A stretch of 64,000 nucleotides of DNA, from NCBI GenBank assembly GCA_007128315.1, contig SKXQ01000003.1, positions 1,026 through 65,025 of the forward strand, in the 5' to 3' direction. Source of the stretch: Spirochaetaceae bacterium (GTDB taxonomy: Bacteria; Spirochaetota; Spirochaetia; DSM-27196; SKKC01). A model generated the notes under the pieces. The model did no database searches, was not told the DNA's origin, and worked only from the letters and a program-made list of their open reading frames with translations. The translations under genes and the position numbers were made by a program. How positions within the stretch are numbered: the first letter of the stretch is position 1; each line of letters starts with the position of its first letter. Positions 17,535 through 26,549 of the stretch are shown one piece after another.

Positions 17535-19082
17535 ATGGAAACCATTTTATCGATACAGAACCTCTGGAAAATCTATCCGAATGGGACTGTGGCTAATCAG
17601 GATGTCAGTGTCGACATCAAAGAAGGCACCATACACGCGATCGTCGGCGAGAACGGAGCCGGTAAGACGACCCTCATGAAGGTCGTCTTCGGTATTACGC
17701 AGGCGAAAAGTGGAAACATCTCGCTCAGGGGTAAGCTCTTCGCTCCATCACAGCCAAGCGAAGCCATCGATGCGGGCATAGGTATGGTCCACCAGCACCT
17801 GATGCTTGCCCCGGAGCTGACCGTTGCCGAGAACATCGTCCTTGGTGTGGAACCGAAACGCGGTGGCGTATTCTTTGATTTCGACAGAGCCGTACAAACG
17901 GCACAAGAGATATCCGAAAAATACCAGCTCGCTGTCCCAGTGGACAAACCGATCAGCGAACTTCCTATCGGTACACGGCAGCGCGTTGAAATTCTGAAGG
18001 CCCTGTACCGTAATGCGGAACTTCTTATTCTCGATGAGCCAACCGCGGTTCTGACACCGCAAGAGACTGAGATCCTGTTTCAGACGCTTGATCAGCTCAA
18101 GGAGCAGGGAAAAACCATCGTTTTTATTTCTCACAAACTGAAAGAGGTGAAACGTATTGCGGACACGGTGACCATTATGCGGGCGGCAAAGGTCATCGAC
18201 ACGAAGCCCGCGGCGGAACTCTCGATAGAGGGTATAGCCGAACTGATGGTCGGTCACAAGATTGACCTGAGCAGGGTAGCTACTCCGGAGCATATCGGTC
18301 CGGCGAAACTCTCGGTCCGCAACTTGAACATGACCCGGGACGACGGTGTCCAGGCGGTCAGAAATGTATCGTTCGAGGTTGCCGGAGGGGAGATTCTCGG
18401 GGTTGCAGGGGTCGAAGGAAACGGACAGACCGAACTCGTTCGTGCCCTGGTCGGGCTGCTGCCCGTAGACTCAGGAGAAATCCTTGTCGGCTCAACAGAC
18501 ATCGCGCAGCTGAGTCCGAAAGATATACGACAGCTCGGCGTATCACACATCCCCGAAGACCGTATGGAAGACGGTGTTGCTCCACTCATGAGCATACAGG
18601 AGAACATCATAGTAGACCGCTATGAGAAAGCTGAGTTTTCCACATGGTTCAGGATCTTCTGGAAAAACGTACTTGCTCATACCGTCGGTCTCATCCGGGA
18701 TTATCGCATTCACGCGGGCTCGCCGAAACATGAAATATCCTCTCTGTCAGGTGGCAACATACAGAAATGTGTCGTGGCACGGGAACTGTCCGCGGACCCG
18801 GACGTCGTCGTCGCGTCCCAGCCCACCCGTGGTGTCGATATCGGCAGCTGGGAACACCTTCACACTCTCATCGTTGAAGCCCGCAATCGCGGTCGGGCAG
18901 TATTTCTCGTATCCGCGGACCTCGATGAGATCCTCAAGCTCTCAACCCGGATTATAGTCATGTTCGAAGGCGAGATCGTAGCCCGCTTCGAAGACGCCTC
19001 GACAGTCACCGCGCAGGACCTCGGACCATATATGCTCGGAATCAAGCGACAGGAGGAAAGCAGTGCAAAGGTTTCTGCTTAA
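17535..19082 (+). CDS. Nucleoside ABC transporter ATP-binding protein (two NBDs)
   Basis: GENGAGKT, LDEPTAVL, GVEGNGQ, LSGGNIQK and QPTRGVD motifs; start set to ATG 17535, downstream of the hairpin. Confidence 0.93.
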   Translation: METILSIQNLWKIYPNGTVANQDVSVDIKEGTIHAIVGENGAGKTTLMKVVFGITQAKSGNISLRGKLFAPSQPSEAIDAGIGMVHQHLMLAPELTVAENIVLGVEPKRGGVFFDFDRAVQTAQEISEKYQLAVPVDKPISELPIGTRQRVEILKALYRNAELLILDEPTAVLTPQETEILFQTLDQLKEQGKTIVFISHKLKEVKRIADTVTIMRAAKVIDTKPAAELSIEGIAELMVGHKIDLSRVATPEHIGPAKLSVRNLNMTRDDGVQAVRNVSFEVAGGEILGVAGVEGNGQTELVRALVGLLPVDSGEILVGSTDIAQLSPKDIRQLGVSHIPEDRMEDGVAPLMSIQENIIVDRYEKAEFSTWFRIFWKNVLAHTVGLIRDYRIHAGSPKHEISSLSGGNIQKCVVARELSADPDVVVASQPTRGVDIGSWEHLHTLIVEARNRGRAVFLVSADLDEILKLSTRIIVMFEGEIVARFEDASTVTAQDLGPYMLGIKRQEESSAKVSA

Positions 19083-20124
19083 GAACTTCGATGCGGTCCG
19101 CACTGCGATCGCAATCCTCATCGGCATGCTCATCTGTGTTCTTCTGATTATTCTCGTCAGCAGTTCGCCGGGAGACTCAATATCGATTTTTCTGTTCGGT
19201 CCGTTCAGCTCGCAGCGGACGATAGCCAGTATCTTCGAGATCGCGACACCTATCATCTTTACCGGGGTAGCCCTGTCCATCGCGTTTCAGGCGGAGCAGT
19301 TCTACATCGGGGCTGAAGGTGCATTTTATATTACGGCGGCAGTCGGAACGGCTTTCGCGGTTTCCACCTCCATGCCCTGGTTTTTCCATATTCCTCTGAT
19401 TCTTCTGGTCTCCGGAACGTTCGGAGGCCTGTGGGGTCTGATTCCGGGATATCTGAAGGCGAGATTCAATACCAGTGAGGTCGTCACGGCCCTCATGCTG
19501 AACTTCGTCGCTCTCTACGCCGGTCTGTATCTGATCAATAACTTCTTCCGTGACCGCGCTGCCGGGTTTATGGTCTCCTTTCGGCTTCCCGAGAGCGCCG
19601 AACTTCCCCGTTTCATCGACCGGACCCGCATCCACTGGGGAGTCGTACTTGCCATAGTCGTCGCTGTCTGGGCCTATTATTTTCTCTACCATACCCGCAC
19701 GGGATACGAGATCCGTACCGTTGGTCACAACCCGAAGTTCGCCCGTTTTGGCGGAATTAACGTGTTCAAGGTCATCATCATTGTACACATTCTGACCGGT
19801 GCCATCGCCGGCATGGGAGGCATGGTCGAGATCATGGGTATACATCGTCGGTTCAACTGGCAGGATCTTCCAGGACAGGGGTGGGACGGTGTCATCGTTG
19901 CCATTATCGGTCGCATGCACCCCCTCTACGTCGTAGCAGCTGCAATTTTTCTCGGATACCTCCGTGTCGGGGGGCAACAGCTCAGACTCATGTCAGATGT
20001 ACCGTTTGAACTCGTCCTGGTCATTCAGTCGGCAATTATTCTGCTGATAACAGCCCGTGCCTTTCTATCGCAGTGGGAAGCACGAATGGTAATCCGTCAG
20101 GCAACTGAGGAGGCGGAGTCATGA
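19063..20124 (+). CDS. Nucleoside ABC transporter permease 1
   Basis: BPD_transp_2 pattern: IGAEG, SEVVTALMLN, GYEIRTVG.N, GWDG; overlaps both neighbours. Confidence 0.92.
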   Translation: MQRFLLKNFDAVRTAIAILIGMLICVLLIILVSSSPGDSISIFLFGPFSSQRTIASIFEIATPIIFTGVALSIAFQAEQFYIGAEGAFYITAAVGTAFAVSTSMPWFFHIPLILLVSGTFGGLWGLIPGYLKARFNTSEVVTALMLNFVALYAGLYLINNFFRDRAAGFMVSFRLPESAELPRFIDRTRIHWGVVLAIVVAVWAYYFLYHTRTGYEIRTVGHNPKFARFGGINVFKVIIIVHILTGAIAGMGGMVEIMGIHRRFNWQDLPGQGWDGVIVAIIGRMHPLYVVAAAIFLGYLRVGGQQLRLMSDVPFELVLVIQSAIILLITARAFLSQWEARMVIRQATEEAES

Positions 20125-21083
20125 GCACTCTTCTGGAGAGCATTTTTTCTGTCGAGTTCTTTTTTGCCGTTCTTCGCGTCTCTACGCCGCTGATTTTTCC
20201 CGCGTTGGGTGTCGCCATTACTGCGATGAGCGGTAATATCAACATCGGGCTCGAAGGTATTATGCTTATTGCCGCCTTCACCGGGGTCATCGTGAGCATC
20301 TACACCGAGAGCCTCATGCTTGCGCTGCTTGCCGGTGTCGCATCGGGCGTATTCTTTGGCGCGGCACTCGGATATTTTCATCTGAAACTCAAGGCGGACA
20401 TAATACTCGCCGCTGTGGCACTGAATTTCCTTGCGAGCGGGCTGACAATCTTTCTGCTCATCGTGATAACCGGCGGCCGCAATACCAGTGCTTTGCGCAG
20501 CCTGACCTTTCCGAGTTTCAACATCCCCGTTCTGCAAAGCATTCCCGTCCTCGGCCCCATCCTGAGCGGCCACAACATCATGACCTACGTAGCCTTTCTC
20601 TCGGTGTTCGTGTATTACGTGGTGCTGTTCAAGACACCGCTCGGTCTGCGTATTCGCGCTGTAGGACAGAACCCTGATGCCGCACGATCGGTCGGCATAA
20701 ACGTTGATCGGGTCAAACTCTATGCGCTCATGATCTCCGGGGTATTCGGGGCACTCGGTGGCTTGTACCTGTCGATGGGCTACGTGTCCTGGTTTTCCCG
20801 GGACATGGTTGCGGGACGCGGATTTATCGCCGTTGCGGCAGCAACGATGGGCGGAAACCTCTCCTTCGGAACCCTGCTCGGATCCATGCTCTTCGGACTC
20901 GTCAATACGGCAACCATCTATATTTCATCACTCGACATCCCCTCGGATCTGGTGCAGAGCATACCCTACCTTGCGACGGTCATAGTCCTTGCGATCTATT
21001 CGGCTCGGAACTTCGCGCCGCGGAAACGCAGGGCCGTCAGCACACACCACGGCGAAAACGAACATCACGAGAAGAAACCATGA
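20121..21083 (+). CDS. Nucleoside ABC transporter permease 2
   Basis: NIGLEG, GLRIRAVGQNP, GRGFIA and PYL motifs; ATGA overlaps. Confidence 0.92.
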   Translation: MSTLLESIFSVEFFFAVLRVSTPLIFPALGVAITAMSGNINIGLEGIMLIAAFTGVIVSIYTESLMLALLAGVASGVFFGAALGYFHLKLKADIILAAVALNFLASGLTIFLLIVITGGRNTSALRSLTFPSFNIPVLQSIPVLGPILSGHNIMTYVAFLSVFVYYVVLFKTPLGLRIRAVGQNPDAARSVGINVDRVKLYALMISGVFGALGGLYLSMGYVSWFSRDMVAGRGFIAVAAATMGGNLSFGTLLGSMLFGLVNTATIYISSLDIPSDLVQSIPYLATVIVLAIYSARNFAPRKRRAVSTHHGENEHHEKKP

Positions 21084-22051
21084 CCATATCAACAGCACAC
21101 ACCGGCAAACCCCTCCCGATACTTATCGACTGCGACCCCGGCCACGACGACATGGTCGCTATAATGACAGCCTACGTTGCAACCGACATCGATCTTCGCG
21201 GCATCACGACCGTCGCTGGCAATCAGACCGGAGAAAAGACCTTTCTCAACGCACGCCGCATTCTCTCCCTTCTAAAGGCGGATGACGTACCCCTTGCGCG
21301 GGGCTGCGACGTTCCGCTTGTCCGCCCCCTCCACATAGCGGAGAACATTCACGGAGATTCGGGTCTCGACGGGGCAGACCTGCCGGAACCTCGGGAAGCG
21401 TATTCATCGCTGCACGCAGTAGACTTCATCGCGGACCAGCTGTCGCGGTCAGATACTCCGCTGACCCTTGTGCCAACCGGTCCGCTTACCAACATAGCGC
21501 TGTTTATCCGCCGCTATCCCGAGTTGCTCTCGCGGATCGAGCGCATCGTTCTCATGGGCGGCGGCGTCAGCGAATCGAATGTAACCCCGGCTGCGGAGTT
21601 CAATATCTTCGTTGACCCTGAAGCAGCCGATATCGTATTTCGCTCGGGTCTTCCTCTTACGATGGTCGGACTCGACGTGACGAATCGCGCGATGCTGAAT
21701 CTGGACGATATAGCCTCGCTTCAGGCATCGGACGGACCTGTTTCACACATTGTCGGTGACCTTCTGGCATTTTTCGCGGGTACCTATAAAAAAGTCTTCG
21801 GTATGGCGGGAGCTGCCCTTCACGATGCACTGGCGGTAGCGGTAGCCGCTGCCCCGGATATCGTTACCGCGCGCGATCTGCATGTAGCGGTAGAAACGAA
21901 AGGGGACCATACTGTAGGAAGAACAGTTGCCGACCTGTATGGCGTCACGGGAAATGCACCAAATGCGAGTGTTGCGATGGATATTGACACCAATCGCTTT
22001 CGTTCGCTCATGTTCTCGGTCTTTTCTGAGCTTGACACCCGCTGCAGGTGA
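21080..22051 (+). CDS. Nucleoside hydrolase (RihA/RihC-like)
   Basis: DCDPGHDD, IHGDSGL, TGPLTNIA, AAEFNIFVDPEAA and LHDA motifs. Confidence 0.94.
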   Translation: MTISTAHTGKPLPILIDCDPGHDDMVAIMTAYVATDIDLRGITTVAGNQTGEKTFLNARRILSLLKADDVPLARGCDVPLVRPLHIAENIHGDSGLDGADLPEPREAYSSLHAVDFIADQLSRSDTPLTLVPTGPLTNIALFIRRYPELLSRIERIVLMGGGVSESNVTPAAEFNIFVDPEAADIVFRSGLPLTMVGLDVTNRAMLNLDDIASLQASDGPVSHIVGDLLAFFAGTYKKVFGMAGAALHDALAVAVAAAPDIVTARDLHVAVETKGDHTVGRTVADLYGVTGNAPNASVAMDIDTNRFRSLMFSVFSELDTRCR

Positions 22052-22084
22052 CATCAAGAAACTGACACCGGAAGGAGGTGCATT

Positions 22085-23425
22085 ATGCTGATCCGTAATG
22101 CGAGCATTGTCGACCTGTCACAGGGAACGGTAACGGACGACGGTTTCTGTTATGTCGATGGTTCCACGATTGCCTCAGTCGGTTCGGGATCCATTGGAAA
22201 ATCACACGGACACGGGCGGCACGGCGGCGCGTTTCGGGATAACGAAGAGATTATCGACGCTGATGGCGCGTACCTGATTCCCGGACTCGTCAATCTTCAC
22301 GCGCATACCGCAATGGCTCCGCTTCGGGGTACCGCCGAGGATGTAACTCCGGAGGACTGGTTTAACAGGCACGTGTGGATATTCGAGAAAAATCTCACCC
22401 CTCAGGATGTCTATTGGGGTACCCTGCTTGGAGCTCTCGAGATGCTTACGAGCGGTGTAACCTGCGTCGCGGACCATTATTTTCACATGGACCACGCATT
22501 CCGGGCGTTTCAGCGCAGTGGCATGAGGGCCAATATTGCTCAGGCTGTGTTCGGCGTGGGAGATGATACAGAACAGAAACTGCAGGATGCAATTGCATTT
22601 ACCGAGGAGTATCACCACGCCGATCCACGTATTACCGTTTCTTTCGGACCACATTCGCCGTACCTTTGTCCTCCGGAGTTTCTCCGGAAGATCGTTAAGG
22701 AAGCGGAACGGATCGGGGTGCGTATGCATACGCACGTCAGCGAAACAGCAAAGCAGGTAGCGCAATCCATCGCTCACAACGGAAAAACTCCCGTAGCAGT
22801 TCTGAAAGACACCGGCGTACTGCGCGGAGGAAGCCTTCTTGCTCATGCATACCATGCTACGGACGAAGACATGACTCTGATCCGGGAAAGCGGTGCGGTC
22901 GTAGCTCACTGTCCGACCACCTATATGCGCTTCGGCGACATGACCGATTTTCTTCCCCGTGCGCAGAAGACCGGTCTCGTACTCGGACTCGGAAGCGACG
23001 GTGCTGCATCTAACAGTACCATGAGCCTGTTCCGGACCGCGCGGGATGCGGCTCTGCTGGCGAAGCTTGCGACCGGCAACCCGGAAGAAGGATCGCTCGG
23101 TTCGGTTCTTCCGCTTCTCACATCCGGTGGGCGTGCGCTCGGTCTGCCGAACTACGGCGAGGTGCGCCCCGGCGCTCCTGCTGATCTCGTTCTGATCCGC
23201 AAGAACACACCGGCAATGAACCCGGGTTACTCCGTGGCAGCGGACCTTCTCTACGCGATACAGGAGCACAATGTCGATACGGTCATAGTCGACGGTAAGA
23301 TCGTCGTGAAGCACGGCCGGCATGTATCGATCGATCACAAGACGGTATACGACAAGAACAGGGAACTAGTCGAACGCATAGCACAGCATACGTCGGACAG
23401 CCCGATGCAGGTATTCAACGGATAG
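22085..23425 (+). CDS. Amidohydrolase, MTA/SAH deaminase (MtaD)-like
   Basis: PGLVNLHAH, GPHSPY, HVSET and LGSDGAASN motifs; SD AAGGAGG. Confidence 0.88.
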   Translation: MLIRNASIVDLSQGTVTDDGFCYVDGSTIASVGSGSIGKSHGHGRHGGAFRDNEEIIDADGAYLIPGLVNLHAHTAMAPLRGTAEDVTPEDWFNRHVWIFEKNLTPQDVYWGTLLGALEMLTSGVTCVADHYFHMDHAFRAFQRSGMRANIAQAVFGVGDDTEQKLQDAIAFTEEYHHADPRITVSFGPHSPYLCPPEFLRKIVKEAERIGVRMHTHVSETAKQVAQSIAHNGKTPVAVLKDTGVLRGGSLLAHAYHATDEDMTLIRESGAVVAHCPTTYMRFGDMTDFLPRAQKTGLVLGLGSDGAASNSTMSLFRTARDAALLAKLATGNPEEGSLGSVLPLLTSGGRALGLPNYGEVRPGAPADLVLIRKNTPAMNPGYSVAADLLYAIQEHNVDTVIVDGKIVVKHGRHVSIDHKTVYDKNRELVERIAQHTSDSPMQVFNG

Positions 23426-23446
23426 GACACAGGAGATTACAACAGC

Positions 23447-24826
23447 ATGAGAGCCTGGGAACGCGAACGAGCCACCATGACAGCAGCCCGACCGAAACTG
23501 CGGGAAGAAGACGACCAGACCTGGAACGCCATACAGGGCCTCGAGGACTCTGAGGACGCACAGGCGAAAATGCTCTGGTACAGCGAAGTGCCGGGATCCG
23601 GTGCGCCGGAACGCCTCATGGTCGCAGGCGTACAGGCCCTGGAGAACCGCGGAATGACGGTTGACGGCTGGGAAGGTCTTGTAGATCAGGGCATTGCCGC
23701 GCTGGACGCCGGCGATATGCCCGCACTGCATGAGGTAACGACGATCATGTGGCAGGCATTTGCAAACCCGCGAAAAGAAGAATCATCACCCTACTGGAAG
23801 TACGAACAGATCAATAACTGGGAACAGTGCAAGCGTTCGCTCAAGCCTCCTGCTGCTTCGGATTACCCGGAGTCCGATACCGAGTTCCTGAAGCGCCTGC
23901 ACGCCGGTTGGCTGGGTCAGATCGTCGGTGGCGCGCTCGGAACGGCAATCGAGGGATACACGGCTGCTGCACTGAAAGAGACGCTCGGCGACATTCGCGG
24001 GTACCTTGTACAGCCGAACACCTATAATGACGACATAACCTACGAACTCGCATTCCTCAAGGCCTACGAACAGTCGGGTTCCCGGGTAACCGGTACAGAG
24101 ATCGGAAACCAGTGGGTTGCACTCGTGCCCTTCGGCTGGTCAGCAGAGTACGTCGCGCTCCGGAACCTGAAAGCCGGCATGGTCGCTCCCCGCTCGGGGA
24201 GCTGGAACAACCCCTACAGCGAGTGGATCGGTGCCCAGATGCGCGGGGCGATCTGCGGCATGATCACTCCCGGCGATCCCCGGGAGGCCGCTCGCCTGGC
24301 GTGGATTGACGGAGAGGTTTCCCACACCGGTAACGGTATACTCGGAGAAGTCTTTAACGCCATGCTCGTCTCACTGTCGTTTGTCGAGCACGACATCCGG
24401 GCTGCACTACAGCAGTGTGTCGATGCCCTTCCCTCTGAAAGTGAGTACGCCTCGGTCGTTCGATTTGCACTCGACGAGTGTTCGGAACGAACGAGCTGGC
24501 AGGATGCCTGGACAGCCTGTGAAGAACGCTACAAGACCTATAACTGGGTTCATGCCTATCCTAACGCCTGCGCTGAGGTCGTCGCACTGTGGTTCGGGAA
24601 AGGTGACTTCGACGAGACCATGCACATCATCGCCATGGCTGGTCAGGACGTCGACTGCAATGCTGCACAGATCGCAACAGCCCTGTGCGTCGCTCAGGGA
24701 CCATCGTGCCTTTCCTCTGCCTGGACAGAGCCGATTGGTGACAATCTGGACACGTATGTCCGAGGCATGAAGAAACTCAGCATCCGCGAGCTTGCAGAAT
24801 GGACCGCCCGGGTTACCCGGCGGTAG
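23447..24826 (+). CDS. ADP-ribosylglycohydrolase family protein with N-terminal extension
   Basis: GGALG..EG, YNDDITY, IGAQMR and GQDVDCNAA metal-binding motifs. Confidence 0.88.
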   Translation: MRAWERERATMTAARPKLREEDDQTWNAIQGLEDSEDAQAKMLWYSEVPGSGAPERLMVAGVQALENRGMTVDGWEGLVDQGIAALDAGDMPALHEVTTIMWQAFANPRKEESSPYWKYEQINNWEQCKRSLKPPAASDYPESDTEFLKRLHAGWLGQIVGGALGTAIEGYTAAALKETLGDIRGYLVQPNTYNDDITYELAFLKAYEQSGSRVTGTEIGNQWVALVPFGWSAEYVALRNLKAGMVAPRSGSWNNPYSEWIGAQMRGAICGMITPGDPREAARLAWIDGEVSHTGNGILGEVFNAMLVSLSFVEHDIRAALQQCVDALPSESEYASVVRFALDECSERTSWQDAWTACEERYKTYNWVHAYPNACAEVVALWFGKGDFDETMHIIAMAGQDVDCNAAQIATALCVAQGPSCLSSAWTEPIGDNLDTYVRGMKKLSIRELAEWTARVTRR

Positions 24827-25505
24827 CGGCGTCAGCAAACACGACGAAATCGGTCGTCATTTTCGACAGATCTGCGTACGCTCCACGCAGCTCGGGTGGC
24901 AGCAGGAGCGCCAGTTGGTACATCATTTCGTCGACCATCTGCTCGCGCTCACTGCGGGTCACCGAAGACCCGTCAGGTTTTTTCAGATAAAACGGGCGCC
25001 CTACCCGTACGGTTGCAGGCGTTCGTCTCATTCGCTTGAGGGTGGGCCCCAGATCCGGCAGGCCCCAGTGAGCAACCGGTATGATCGGACACGCCGCGCG
25101 CGTTGCCAGCAGTGTCGCACCGGGGAGTCCCTTCTGCAGCGTTCCGTCCCGGCTGCGTGTGCCCTCGGCAGCTATGCCGACGATGTACCCCTCGGAGAGA
25201 CGCTCGAAGCACGCGCGCATCGCCTCCCCGTCAACGCTCCCGCGATGCAGGGGAATAATGTTCCATGTTTCCATGAAAAAGCGCGTAAACGGGTTTTTCC
25301 AGAGCTCGATCTTGCCGAGGGCGGTCAGCTTCCGCGGCGCCAGGAAGACGTACAGCAAGGGCCCTTCGAGATTGGTAACGTGGTTCGAGAGAAGCAATCC
25401 GGGACCAGACTGCGGAACCCGGTGCAGTTGATGAGCATCGAGTCGGTACACCAGCCGGAAAAGGGCTTTTACCACCGTGTTTACGATACGCGCGTGAATC
25501 GTCAC
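24813..25505 (-). CDS. Lysophospholipid / 1-acyl-glycerol-3-phosphate acyltransferase (PlsC family)
   Basis: NHVTNLE (HxxxxD/E), AEGTRS and IIPV motifs. Confidence 0.88.
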   Translation of the reverse strand: MTIHARIVNTVVKALFRLVYRLDAHQLHRVPQSGPGLLLSNHVTNLEGPLLYVFLAPRKLTALGKIELWKNPFTRFFMETWNIIPLHRGSVDGEAMRACFERLSEGYIVGIAAEGTRSRDGTLQKGLPGATLLATRAACPIIPVAHWGLPDLGPTLKRMRRTPATVRVGRPFYLKKPDGSSVTRSEREQMVDEMMYQLALLLPPELRGAYADLSKMTTDFVVFADAATAG

Positions 25506-25542
25506 GCGGACATCATAGCATGTGTGTTAAACTTCCCGTACC

Positions 25543-26547
25543 ATGAAATACCGACGATTAGGCGCCTGCGGGCTCAAGGTCTCCGAGCTTTGTCTGGGAA
25601 CCATGACATTCGGCCATACGACCGACGAGACAGAGAGCGAAGCCATCGTGAACGGTGCAATTGACGCAGGAGTCACGTTTTTTGACACTGCGAACACCTA
25701 TGCTGACGGAGCTTCGGAATGCATTCTCGGAAAAGCTCTTGCCGGCAGGCGGAAGGACGTTGTGCTGGCGACGAAGTTTTTCAATCCATTCGGCCCAGGG
25801 CCAAACGACTCAGGCGTGTCCCGGCACGCCATATATCGTGCGGTGACCGACAGCCTCAAACGCCTCGGCACAGATTACATCGACCTCTATTATGTGCACC
25901 ACGTCGACACCCAGGTCAAACCCGAAGAGACCCTGCGCGCGCTGGACGATCTGGTTCGCGGTGGTTTGGTGCGATACGTCGCCTGCAGCAACTATCCTGC
26001 ATGGCGACTGTGCGATTCGCTGTGGACCAGTGCGTCTGGAAATCTCGAACGGTATGTCGCCTACCAGGGGCAATACAATCTCGTCGTCCGTGATCTTGAG
26101 GAAGAGGTGGTCCCGCTCTGCCTCGAGAAGGGAGTTGGACTCGTAGCATGGGGACCACTGGCCGGTGGATTTCTGACCGGAAAATACCAGCCCGGTGACC
26201 GGACCAGACCGGGAACGCGATCAGAGGCCGGATGGGTCTGGCAGAGTAACAGCTTCGCCGCGAATGCGGACGATATTCTTCGAACGCTTCTCGAGGTTGC
26301 GGCTGAAGAGAGCCGCAGCGCAACGCAGGTGGCCCTCCGGTTCATTCTCGGGCGACCGGGCGTAGCATCGGTCGTAGCGGGAGCACGTACGCATGAACAG
26401 TTCTCCGACAGCCTCCATGCATCGGGCTGGGAGCTGAGTCGCGATAGCTATACACGACTCGAAGAAGTGTCCCGCCCCACGCTGAGATATCCCGCTTCAT
26501 TCGAAGCGAACACGCACGAGCGACGCGACAATGCGGTCAGAACATAG
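25543..26547 (+). CDS. Aldo/keto reductase
   Basis: GTMTFG, FDTANTY, ATKF, DYIDLY and GPLAGGFLTGKY motifs. Confidence 0.93.
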   Translation: MKYRRLGACGLKVSELCLGTMTFGHTTDETESEAIVNGAIDAGVTFFDTANTYADGASECILGKALAGRRKDVVLATKFFNPFGPGPNDSGVSRHAIYRAVTDSLKRLGTDYIDLYYVHHVDTQVKPEETLRALDDLVRGGLVRYVACSNYPAWRLCDSLWTSASGNLERYVAYQGQYNLVVRDLEEEVVPLCLEKGVGLVAWGPLAGGFLTGKYQPGDRTRPGTRSEAGWVWQSNSFAANADDILRTLLEVAAEESRSATQVALRFILGRPGVASVVAGARTHEQFSDSLHASGWELSRDSYTRLEEVSRPTLRYPASFEANTHERRDNAVRT

Positions 26548-26549
26548 GC

